The notes under the pieces: model-generated
Database searches by the model: none
What the model was told of the DNA's origin: nothing
Seen by the model: the letters and a program-made list of their open reading frames with translations, nothing else
Shown here: one piece after another, positions 25,801 through 36,636 of the stretch
Position numbering within the stretch: position 1 is the first letter of the stretch
Layout of the letters: every line of letters starts with the position of its first letter
DNA from: Paraspadella gotoi
Taxonomy: Eukaryota; Animalia; Chaetognatha
DNA length: 64,000 bases
Reading direction: 5' to 3'
NCBI GenBank assembly: GCA_051294375.1
Contig: JBJCIZ010000239.1
Span: 4,283,834-4,347,833, forward strand
Position numbers and translations under genes: made by a program

Positions 25801-28435
25801 ATGTAGTATTCATTAACTATGAAATAAATATTCGGTTAAGGATCATGGCTAAATATTAGATTAAATACTGTATTTGGTAAATATTGTGCAACACAACTGG
25901 AGCACTCTGTTAAGATAATGCCCCAATTTAACCTCCTGTCTCTTTTCTGTGAATAGCGATTCAGAGTCCGCTGCATCCTGATTACAAGATAGAAGCCAAG
26001 CACAGTTACAACTACAGCGTTATCCAAAGTAAAAGCTCAATCTACAGCCCTAGCAACAGCTAGATTGAATTGAATATAATGTAAGAAAATTGAACGTCCG
26101 AACTCTTTGTTGTGAATAGACAGGATTTGAAGTTTCGTGCTTTAGGTAGCCATAGCCGATGAAATTTAAATGATAATGTATACCGCGTTAAAATAATCAA
26201 TCATGAATATAGATTATAGTATTAAAATATTTCTGAGGGTACTAGCCTAATTAAAATTATTATACTACTATATAAAGAAAAAAATTTTACAACCTTAAAA
26301 TTTTAAAAAATTTAAATTTCTCAAAAACAGTTTTGGCTTTTCCTATCTATAAATAAATATTAAAAAATTAATTATTGAGGTATAGAGCCATATAAGAAAT
26401 TTTTTTGTCCATTGAAAGTATACTTAAAAATGTATAGATTTTCGTTTGATCATGTACTCGCTCTAAATTTTTGACTACCCCTACTATACGTTTATAGATA
26501 GACATGTAGTTAAAGGTTTCCACGCACTCTAAGCGGTTTAAGGCCGTCCTCACACTTCCCGCAGGGTCGGTATTATTAAGAATCGATCCCTGAAACCTAA
26601 TGGTCATTAACTAGTCAGTAACCCATCGTGTACTGACTAAAGTGGTCATGCTTATAGGCGGGGTGAACTTGTTGCAATTACCGACTACAGATATAATTTT
26701 TTAATCGAATGATACTGAGTTTATAGATAGTTAACTTTTTCAAATGTATAGTTAATTCGATTCCTCTTTGCATATTGCATATATAGCTTTAGTTAATTAA
26801 TCAACGATGAATCCAGTTTTATATATGTGTTTTATATATTCATAAAAACCTTTCTGGCATAATTTTACTTTCACCGACTGGGATTAGTTGGTGGTTTAGG
26901 GTTAAGAGTAGTTTAGGGGGCTCGTAGGGGTTCTATGTTAGGGTAGTTAAGTAATAATTTTTACTTTTTTTTTTTAATAATAAAATTTTTTTACATTATT
27001 TAAAAAAAGGCCAAAATCCCAGTCGATGAAAATAAAATCATATCCATTTTCTCTCTACATTCCCCCCCACCCCCCAAATCGATCCTCCAGGAGGACGAGG
27101 CTATCCTCGATTACTTCTACAATCCCCCCGTCCACCCCTTCCTCCTCCGTTTCACCGACGATCAAGTCGAGGAAGAATATCGACAGCACAAACTTCGCGA
27201 CAGCGATCTCGTTTCCGCGGCAGCCTCCGCCGCGGCCGGCTCCGCGTTAGCCGCTTCCTCCGCCGTCTCTTCCTCCGCCGCCGCCGCTGCGGCGCCGCAC
27301 TCGTCCGGGGTTCGAACCCTGGACTCTCCGCGATTAAATTCGGCGCTGGACGTCGTTATCTCCTTCGTCGTCTTCCTTCTTCTCTCCGTCTGTTGCTTCG
27401 TGCTTTTTCGGTAAAATGTTAATAAAAATATTAATAATAATGTTAATAATTCGTTATTTCGAATACTCGTCTCCAAGCGGAAATGAAAATCCATTTGTAT
27501 CATTTTATTTTAAAAAAACAGTTTTTGAAAGGGCTTTCATGTGGTACTATTAATTTCCCCCCCCGCCCCCGAGTATTACACATTTCGAAACGGTGTCAAT
27601 TCTTTCTTCGAACTTGATCATACTGTAAAAATAGACCAGGGACCTCTAGTGTCATTATCTTGTAAGAGTGATGGAGGCCTTAAACCACCAAAGCCTGTCC
27701 AAAGTCAGGGGCAAGATAGCTTATTTATTAAATGAATGGATTAATTTTTATATTGGTTGTACCAATTTCATAAAAATTCAGCTCCTTGTATTTGATGCTA
27801 GTGTGGTACAATAAGTATTCCCCAATCTAATACTTAAGGGAGTGGTCTTTTCATACAATTGAAACATTCTTTGAAATATTTTCCACTTCATGATAGGGAA
27901 GCCCGGTACTCTGGAGTGAATAAACGGGATTGTGAGAGAGTCTTGATTGAAAGCTTGCAGGGACTGCTATGTCATTTATTTGTAAGAGTGATGGAGGCCT
28001 TAAACCACCAAAGCCTGTCCAAAGTCAGGGGCAAGATAGCTTATTTATTAAATGAATGGATAATTTATATTGGTTGTACCAATTTCATAGCAAGGTTTCA
28101 GACCTTTTTTAGTTCTTGGCTTCCACAATCCCATCAATGTAGAGCCCTCCCCCCCCCCCTAGAATTCCTTTTTTTTTCTTTTTTGTCAGTTCCCATTTTT
28201 TTCGTCTTCCCTTTTGTCAATCCGCCCCCCCTCCCCCCCCCAGCGACGAAAACTCGGCCTCCTCATCCCTCGCTTGGCGAATCTACTTTGTCATCGCCCT
28301 CCTCGTGGAAATCCTCATCGTGACCACAGTCATCTACGGCGTGCTCCCTTCGACCCTTCGTCGTCTCCGCTCTCCACCTTTCGTTCCTTCTCCTCTCTCT
28401 TCCTCAACTGGGGCCTTGTTTAATTCGATGAGTGA

Positions 28436-28468
<33 letters not shown>

Positions 28469-31400
28469 TGAGGCCTTTTCTTCTTTCTTGACCAATCGGA
28501 GAAAGATCAGAGAAGACATTTCAAATTTCGAAGCTTACGGAGAATTCGATCTTGGTTTCATTAGGGAAAGTTAAAGTATTGTTATTACTGTATTGTTATT
28601 ACTGTATTGTTTATAAATAAATATCGATTGTTTATATTTTTAAAGACTTTTACAAAAGGTAAATAAGGTCGACGGACCACGACGAGAGTTTATGTCCAAC
28701 AATTGTTTAGTTTTTTTTCTTTCATCTCTCTCCCGAGGGAAACTTATCACGTGATCGAAACTTGTCATCACGTGATCGTTTTATCCATTTCCCGCGTTGA
28801 AAGAGGGTTAGAGAGAGAAGGCTAAACTCAAAAACGATAAAAAAAAAGCTTTTTCGTAATATTTTAAAACATTTATTCTTAAAAAACGGTTAAATTAATA
28901 AAAAAAAAGGAGAAAAAAATAAAATGTAAAAAAAAAGGTAAAATAAAAATAAAACTACGAAAAGAAGCGATTGTGCCACACACTATTTTTTATTTTTATC
29001 CCACACCTCTCTCTTTCCGCCCCCTCTATCCCTAACCTCCCCCACCCTACCTCTCTTTCTCCCCTCCCCCCCCTACCCAACTTACAGGTGGGTCTCCTCA
29101 TGATCCTCCTACCCTTCGGCTGCGTCGCCGTCAACTTCGATTGCCGTCGATTCTCCTGCGACGTCGGCGTCGATCATCTCTTTTGCTACCTCACTCTCGT
29201 CGCTCTCCTGCATTTCTGCAACTTCGCTCAACTCTCGAGCTTGCTCAAGGCGAGTGTGGGGGGTGTCAAGTGCTTGGACGCGAAGAGTTAGGGGGGGGGG
29301 TTGGTTTTGCTCGATCGGGAAGGAGTAAGACTTGGTAAAGCTTGGGTAAAGCTCCGCGTAGTCGCGGCGAGGGAGTTAGGTTTGGGTCCGGGGTTTTCGA
29401 TAAGGTTTTTCGCTTTGACTCGTTTGAAAACGGTGCTTGGTCAAGCTCAATTGAGCTAGCGAGGGGAGAGGGAGTTTTGCTTGGTTGAGCTGTTGAAAGG
29501 ATCTCGGTCTAAGAAAATGTTAGGGGGCGAATCCTGCGTAACCCCTAACGGGTAATGAGTGTGGGGTGACCAAAGAGTGTCACTAAAAGTCAAGGCGAGG
29601 CAGAATGTCTCGTCTCCAACCAGGCAAAGATTGATCACTGGCGGCCGTGCATTGACAGTGCTCCCTGGAATCTACACGTAATAGATCAGAAGAGAAACAC
29701 AATGATCAAGAACCACCTCTCCTATAATCATTAACAACTCATGATCGCTGAAAGGGAAAGACATTGAATAATAAATATCAATCAATGAATGATAAATGAA
29801 TAGAGACATGGTGAAATGTTTTATTTGTTAATGAATTAATATTCAAATGAATAAAAGTCCGATGATGAATTTTCACTAAAGTTTCTTCCCGACAAAAATG
29901 GAATGTATTTCTGCTTAATCAAGGTCATTTCAAGGGAGACGAGTCGAAATGAGTGACGGAAATCTGTTTGAGGTCCTTAAAAAAAAACCCCGAAAACCCA
30001 ATAATAGGAAATTAGTTATGGATAGCCTTACTTATCCTTATTCTGTTGTGACAACCACGACGCTAATTATACGTTTTCCTTTATCACTTTTAATGTGTCC
30101 TTTTGGGACGACAACGACAACAACAGTCGGCGGCGGCTTCTTTGGCGGGATTCGTTCTCATCGTCCTCGTTTGTCACGGAGTCTGCGAGAAGACGACGAC
30201 GACGTCTTTGCGGAACGGCTCCTCCACGTTCGTCGGCTGCGGAGGAGGGATCGCCTCCAGCGGCTGGTCCACAGATGCCCGGGTAAGCGAGGGCAGAGAG
30301 AGAGAGAGGGAGAGAGACTGGAAGAGATTTAATATTGAACGGAGTCTGCGTTGGAGAAGTTTTGTTTTTCTCTTTGTTCCTAATTTTAGAAATTTAGTAA
30401 ACTTATTTTTAATTTGGTTTGTTATTTTTCACATTCTCTCTCTCCCCGTCTCTTTTCACTCTCACTCCTCTCATTTTCTTTCTCCCCCCTCTCCCTCCCA
30501 CCTTAGCCAACCACTCCGCCTCCCCCTCCGTTCGCCTTCAACGCGTCCGACGCTCGCAACGTCTCGTCAACTTCGCCGTCAACGTCTACGGCGAACTTCG
30601 CCTCGGATTTCGAGTTCGTCCCAAACGTTTTCCTCAAAAATTCCTTCTCGTATCAAAACGTGGAAATCGTTGTCGACGTCGTTTTGCTACTCATTCTGGT
30701 TAGTTTAGGATTCATTGTTGACGCTGGCAATGGTTGGCGTTGACGCTGGCATTGGTTGGCGTTGACGCTGGCATTGGTTGGCGTTGACGCTGGCATTGGT
30801 TGACGTTGACCCTGGCATTGGTTGGCGTTGACGCTGGCATTGGTTGGCGTTGGCTGGCGTTTGTAACTGGGAGCGATGAAGATTTTGAAGACTTGGCTCA
30901 TTTGCTGATTTCATGTCTGCAATATCTTATTTATCTGGTTCCGCTCCTTTTCAAACAAGTTCAAAAAATCCGTCTCTTTTTTGAAGACTTTTTTTTTGCA
31001 CTCATCAAATTAAGAACTAAAGATACAAACCAAAGTCTGTTCTTTTATTTTATGTCATCATGTCCGCTACTAATCATCACTTCTGTAACCAAGCATATTT
31101 TTTATCCTTCTCTCAAGACCTTCCTTCCAATCTTAAGACCTTCCTACCTTAAGACCTTCTTCTCTCTCTCTTTTTTCCCTTCCCTCTCTAAATTCAACAA
31201 AAAAATTTTGTTTTCCTCTCTTCGTCAGGTGTGGTTTATCAATATGGAGCTAGAGAAAGGATACCGCCTGTCGTTTCACGGGAATTTACAGGCGGAAAGA
31301 GACAAAAAAGACATGGAAACGCAAAGGGATCAGGCGGATTGGCTGCTAAGGTGAGTGGTTTTATTTTTTTTGGGGGGAGAGGAATGTATCACTCTCTCTA

Positions 31401-34400
31401 TCTTCTTTTATGTCTTTTACTCTCTCACTTTCTTAATACATATTATTTTATTTCTTTCTTTGCCGATTTCTCTCTTTAGACCTCTCTTTTTTTTTAAATC
31501 ATCGATTGATTGCGAATAACTCTTACTAAACTAAAATATTTCGATTAAGACTCGGCATAATTGTTAAAAAATGATGCCCTTTTCGTTCCCTTAACAAGAA
31601 AGTCGTCGCTAATAGCTGGATATTTTTTGTAGTCACGTGATTACCTCATGATGGGCGCAATTTTTACTTTCTTTTTACTCATACTTTACTGTTACTGTTA
31701 GTTTCTTTTCTCAACGACTTTTCCCCATTTTTTTCTGTTTCTAGTAGTAGTTCTTTCTTTCTCTCTTTCTTTCCCTTTTTCTCTTTCTTTCCCTTTTTCT
31801 CTTTCTTTCCCTCTTTCTTTCTTTTCTTCCTCTTCATCCCGATTAACTTACCCAACCTTTCTCTACAGCAACATCCTTCCCAAACACGTTTCCGAGGAAT
31901 TAAAGATCCAATCCAAATATTTTAAAAATCATGATTCGGTCGGAGTCATTTTCGCTTCCATCGACAACTTTAACGAGATATACGAAGAGGATTATCAGGT
32001 AGCAGAGAGAAAGAGAGAACATAGTTCCGAGTAGGGCTTTATCCAATAGCCTCTAAGATTTTAAAAAGCTGTAATATTCTTACAACCATTATAAGAATTA
32101 TTAGTTGCGCCGCGAGTACTCGCGGAGCAACTCTATTAGTCACTTTTCGGTAGGTCGCTCCGTTGGTATGTCTGTCCGTTAGTCTGTCCCACGTACGTTA
32201 AAGACGCTTATAACTTGCCTGTAGTTTGTTGCTCATTAGTTAAAAATCAAGTTTAAGCGACTACTGGCGCCGCCTTTTGTTTTTAAGGAAATGTTATAAA
32301 CTATGGAATAAATGACATAAGTAAAAAGAAAAGTAATGCGGCGCAATACCTTGGAATAACAGTTCCTTGTCTATCAATAAAGTGGTTTAATCTGTATCAA
32401 TTGCTCAGAAAAACTACTCCCTTTACTATTAGATATTGTACTCTTTACTGCACTATACGTCAAAAGACAAAACGCAATAAACCAACATATGAAATTGGTT
32501 CTAACTTTATGAAATTTATTCATGCTTATTAAACATATTAAACAAGCTAAGCATTTTGTCCTTGACTTTGAACTTGCTATGGTGGGTTGGGGCCTCTTAT
32601 GAAATTAGTACGATCAATATAAAAATTATTCATTCATTTAATAAATAAATTATCTATGGTGAGTTTAAGGCCTCCATCCTTCTTACAAGATAATGACATA
32701 GCTGGACCCTGTAAGCTTTTAAACAGTCTCTTTTATTCACTCCCAGAGTTCCTTGCCTCTTTACTATATAAGTATGAAATTGGTACAACCAATATATATA
32801 TATTATATTTCCTTCCCTCTCCCCCGCTTAATCTGCCAGGGCGGGAAACAATTTTTGCGCGTTCTCAACGAAATCATGGGAGACTTTGAGATGCTGTTGG
32901 CCAGAGAAGAATTTAAAGACGAGATCGAGAAGATCAAAACCATCGGGGAGACGTTCATGGCCGCGTCGGGACTGCATTCTAAGGTGGGGAAGAGTGCATT
33001 CTAAGGTGGGAAGAGTGCATTCTAAGGTGGGGAAGAGTGCATTCTAAGGTGGGGAAGAGTGCATTCTAAGGTGGGGAAGAGTGCATTCTAAGGTGGGGAA
33101 GAGTGCATTCTAAGGTGGGGAAGAGTGCATTCTAAGGTGGGGAAGAGTGCATTCTAAGGTGGGGAAGAGTGCATTCTAAGGTGGGGAAGAGTGCATTCTA
33201 AGTGGGGAAGAGTGCATTCTAAGTGGGGAAGAGTGCATTCTAAGGTGGGGAAGAGTGCATTCTAAGGTGGGGAAGAGTGCATTCTAAGGTGGGGAAGAGT
33301 GCATTCTAAGGTGGGGAAGAGGGCATTCTAAGGTGCTGCATACTGAATGCTGTTTACTGGAAACTGGAGTTAGCAAAAGGTTTAGGGGAGATATTTTCAT
33401 GAAGATTGTCTTCAACTAGGAAAATCGCATTAAAATAAATTAATATAATAATTATGAATAAATAGATTCATGTATATCTTTCAATCTTTTACCTTTAAGT
33501 TTGGCAAACACAGGACTTTTAAGGTATCGAGATGTAGAGACAATAGCTAACTCGTCATCTTAGTAATATTCCCAAAATCATGGGAATTAAAATAAATTAC
33601 TAGAGGAGCATCGGAGATTAAATGATATTGGAACAAATTATAACACATTCCGATCATTTCGTATAATTTCCGCATCAATTATCTGCTCGTGCGTGTTGGT
33701 ATTATTCGGTCAAAATCGTGCCTCATTAATTATAAGTATTATTCATTAACATTTTTTCTCTAAAAATACAGAAATAGGCGAATCGGGCGCTGTTTGTTTT
33801 TAATTTAGGGTTTTTCTTTAAATAAAACAAAACAGATTGACCCGTCAAACCCATCGGCCGCTAACCTTCGTCACTTGTACCGAATGATCGAATTTGCGCT
33901 GGAATTGCAGCAAAGCATCAAGGTAACTATGGGGGGGGGGTGTTGACTCTTGAGTTAAGCGATGAAGAGAATTTGAAACATTGTGAATTAAATAGACGGA
34001 GGAGCGAATGGTTAAATTCTTGGAACTATTTTCCTAAAGCGCCCTATTTCTGAATTTATTTTTGAATTCGACATTTAACCTCTAAGTTTAAATTTGGCCT
34101 GATATATTTTGGCCGAATTCTTTCCTCGTTGAAGAGAATTACGGGATAATAAAACTTTATCGCCCTAATTTGTCTCTCTTTTTTTTGGCTTCTTCTTTTC
34201 TCCCTTTCATTTTTCTTCACTTTTCTTTTCTTTTCCTCCCGTGCCTTTTCTTTTCATCTTTTTCCCTTTTCCCTTTCTTTTCTCCATCTCTTTTTCTTTC
34301 CTCCATCTCTTTTTCTTTCCTCCATCTTCAGGCCTTCAACCAAAACATGATTGAGTTCGACTTCGAATTCCGCATCGGAGTTAACATCGGTTAGTCGTTG

Positions 34401-36223
34401 TTGTAGTTGATTCTGTTGTTGTTTGTAACACGTGTTAGGTTAATATTAATAGATTAAATAAGTTAATATTAAACTAATTATTCCGTATTTATTTTCTGAT
34501 CTCGCGACCGTGATGTACTATGGTGGACTAAAATCCACCAACCGTTCATCAGCGGCCATCGGTGCAGGAGGCAAGTCATTCGCCTCCCAACCCAAAGGCC
34601 AGTCTGATCCGAAGCTCAGGGACTGCTTATATTGAACGGTTCTGTCACTAACTCATAACAATTATTACTGTCTCTTTTGTGCTATCAGTCTGCCAAGTGT
34701 CGATTAAAATTACTTTCACACACTGTCGCATTGAATTATTTTGTTATGTAATCGACTGATCGCAGATTACGGTTTTTGTAAGCAAGGTAAGAAGGATAGA
34801 CCGACCGACCAAAAAGTGAGTTATAGACTTTCTTCGCGATTTCGTTATTTATATTAAAACAATCTTTTTTTTTAAATCCTGGTAAACATTTTTGAAGATG
34901 AAAAAAAAGCAAAGCTGTGAAGTGACAGGCACAATCGGGACCTATTCTTCCTGAGGACTAGAGGGTCTTAGCAGACAGTTGGTGACATCAGTAGGCCGAT
35001 GCACCATTGTAACTCTCGCGGTTTCTGAGTAGAAGAAGCACAGGACAAGCTTCGGTCGACAGTAGTATGCGTGAGGCCAAAAGTCCGGCCAATGTCATGC
35101 ACAACTGAATGGTAAGACAATCAGGTAAATGTGGTAACAAGAACCAAAGAGCAACAGGAAATAAAACTGAAAAGTAAAATGAGGCACAAACTATAAATAA
35201 GGCACATAATAAAGTAAAAGTAAAAGTAATAAAACCAAATATAAATGTCTATGAAAAAGTCGCAGATGAACGTAACCGTAACAAAACGTTTCTTTCAGGT
35301 CCTGTCACGGCTGGAGTTATCGGCAGTTCGAAGCTGCACTACGACATCTGGGGTGACACGGTCAACATCGCCTCGAGAATGAACACAACTGGTAAGAATG
35401 AATGTATGAATGAATGAATATAAACGAAAAAAAAAGGGAGTATGGCAACAGCCGGGTTGCCTGTGATGCCCATTGGGATGAGGCATCTCACTGTTGGCTT
35501 TGGGGGCTTCCGACCCTCAGTGACACATCCAGTCCAGTTACCCTAGGACGGTCTCGCTTTGCCAACGCAGAGGGAAGTCGTCAGGACTGTGGGTGGAACA
35601 CTACGCCTGGGATGGTGTGTTCCCCCTCCGAGCCAACAGATTTGGCTGAAGGATGGTGGACGCGAGGCGGTGTGAGAAAGATAAAACGAGAGCCCTGTAA
35701 AGAAAAAAAAATGAACGTTAAGAAATGAGAAGACGATATTAACTTAACGTTATCATTGAAAGACAATACAGTATTAGTCTCCCCAATTATTTCCCCTTTT
35801 CCCCATCACCCACACTTCCCTCACACATTCCTCCCCCACATTTCATTTTTCACATTTACTCTTACCCCCCCCCAAATCCCCAACATTGTGTGAGAGTCTT
35901 GATTGAAAGCTTGCAAGGACCCTCATCATGTTGTGAGAGTGATGGAGGCCTTAAACCACCAAAGCCTGTCCAGAGTCCGCGGAATGAATGGATAATGTTG
36001 TATATTGATTGAGCCGATTTTATTCATTTTTCGCTCTCTCTTCATCTCCCCCCTCCCCACAACCCCAGGCGTCAAGGGTCGCGTTCAGGTCAGCGAACGG
36101 GTCAAGGAACTCATGTCCGACTATTACTCCTTCGAGAGTCGCGGGAAAGTCCCCGTCAAGGGTGTCGAAGGCGGCCTCAACACTTTCCTTCTTGTTGAGA
36201 AGATGAAAGCTCTGGACGTTTGA
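7534..36223 (+). CDS. ADCY9: Transmembrane adenylyl cyclase, type 9 subfamily (28 coding exons, ~1762 aa)
   Basis: Exons: 7534-8021, 9075-9210, 10294-10468, 10823-11003, 12150-12306, 12780-13003, 13317-13442, 13953-14127, 14883-15123, 18392-18589, 21103-21289, 21608-21933, 22961(or 22964)-23188, 24094-24341, 24576-24783, 25524-25711, 27091-27410, 28244-28427, 29088-29249, 30127-30282, 30507-30698, 31229-31350, 31869-31998, 32840-32983, 33836-33922, 34332-34389, 35299-35391, 36069-36223. Phases join and the total of 5289 nt is a multiple of 3 (assumes two GC donors and one AT-starting donor). AC9-diagnostic motifs: [86 protein letters not shown] 5' UTR exon probably ends near 5890. Confidence 0.93.
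8679..8823 (+). mobile_element. ~145-bp Penelope-like micro-element
   Basis: Flanking direct repeat tttaattacctt (8667-8678, 8824-8835); ~32-nt tail; 20-bp inverted repeat (8711-8730 / 8804-8823) enclosing a hammerhead motif and aataaa. Confidence 0.7.
8732..8771 (+). ncRNA. Minimal type I hammerhead ribozyme
   Basis: gca CTGATGA a GGCT-tgaatgaa-AGCC GAAAC tt GTC tgt: intact core, stem II and GUC site; stem I is short (3 bp with a G-U pair). Confidence 0.7.
11440..11620 (+). repeat. Dispersed SINE-like repeat (second copy ~34518-34676; partial inverted copy ~13220-13263)
   Basis: Shared tatggtggactaaaat...ctgatccgaagctcagggac.gcttatattgaa.ggttctgtcactaactcataacaattattactgtctctt. Confidence 0.65.
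13317..18420 (+). CDS. ADCY9: ADCY9 C1a catalytic domain exons (7-10)
   Basis: [66 protein letters not shown]; both metal-binding Asp present. Confidence 0.95.
15843..16013. repeat. Degenerate (GAC/GAT)n microsatellite in ADCY9 intron 9
   Basis: gacgatatagatgacgat-type repeats; not needed for the reading frame. Confidence 0.7.
20755..20940 (+). mobile_element. MITE with TTAGGG-like interior
   Basis: TIR ttactttctccgaccggg ... cccggtcggcgaaagtaa around a degenerate ttagggttagggg tract. Confidence 0.7.
23190..24045 (+). repeat. Purine-rich degenerate minisatellite filling ADCY9 intron 13
   Basis: Recurrent gaggagaggaaacagggtgagga(a/g)[15 protein letters not shown] decaying into G/A-rich sequence. 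Confidence 0.8.
26862..27039 (+). mobile_element. MITE with TTAGGG-like interior
   Basis: TIR attttactttcaccgactgggat ... atcccagtcgatgaaaataaaat. Confidence 0.7.
27638..28088 (+). repeat. ~320-bp repeat family, 1.4 head-to-tail copies
   Basis: Same unit as 44293-45241, ending at attggttgtaccaatttcata. Confidence 0.85.
30717..30860. repeat. 22-bp minisatellite (~6.5 copies)
   Basis: Tandem gttgacgctggcattggttggc just after the exon 21 donor. Confidence 0.9.
31869..36223 (+). CDS. ADCY9: ADCY9 C2a catalytic domain exons (23-28)
   Basis: [82 protein letters not shown]; adenine-specifying Lys/Asp and catalytic Asn/Arg present. Confidence 0.95.
32101..32372 (+). mobile_element. Short Helentron-associated (DINE-1/HINE-like) element
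   Basis: 5' palindrome gttgcgccgcgagtactcgcggagcaac, gtctgtcc microsatellite remnant, 3' subterminal inverted repeat gcggcgcaa followed by hairpin ggaa-taacag-ttcc. Relatives at ~50620-50790 (-), ~53525-53600 and ~34795-34840 (-). Confidence 0.6.
32973..33334 (+). repeat. 22-bp minisatellite (~16 copies) made from the ADCY9 exon 24 donor junction
   Basis: Tandem tgcattctaag|gtggggaagag; the first copy is the exon end. Confidence 0.95.
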
Positions 36224-36603
36224 AAAAAAAGGAAGGGAGGAAGAGGAAAGAAAGAGGAAAATAAAATTCAAGATGGAGGAAAGCGGGAATCTAGCTCATG
36301 ACGGCGTGAACAGGCTCCGTCGCCTAATGAAACCAAGACGTCGAAAACAAACGATGACTAATTGACTTCCTTCGCTCTCTCGACTTCTTCCCTCGTCCCG
36401 CCCTTAACCCCTGACCTTTTTTCCCCGCTCTCTCGGCCGTATTATTTGGGGTCCCGCCTCAGCGGCTTATTCCAACCTTTTTGTTCCGTCATTTGTATTT
36501 GCTGCGCCCTTCGAACGCCGCTGCAGGTCGCGGTCGACTCAACTTCCCTCGGAAAATCATAGATGTCGCTTCAACCTTTTTCGCCTTAAATACAGAAGAA
36601 CAT

Positions 36604-36636
<33 letters not shown>

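Noticed and set aside
32973-33334. CRISPR-like array
   Set aside because: Repeats abut with no unique spacers, the context is eukaryotic and there are no cas genes; it is a minisatellite.
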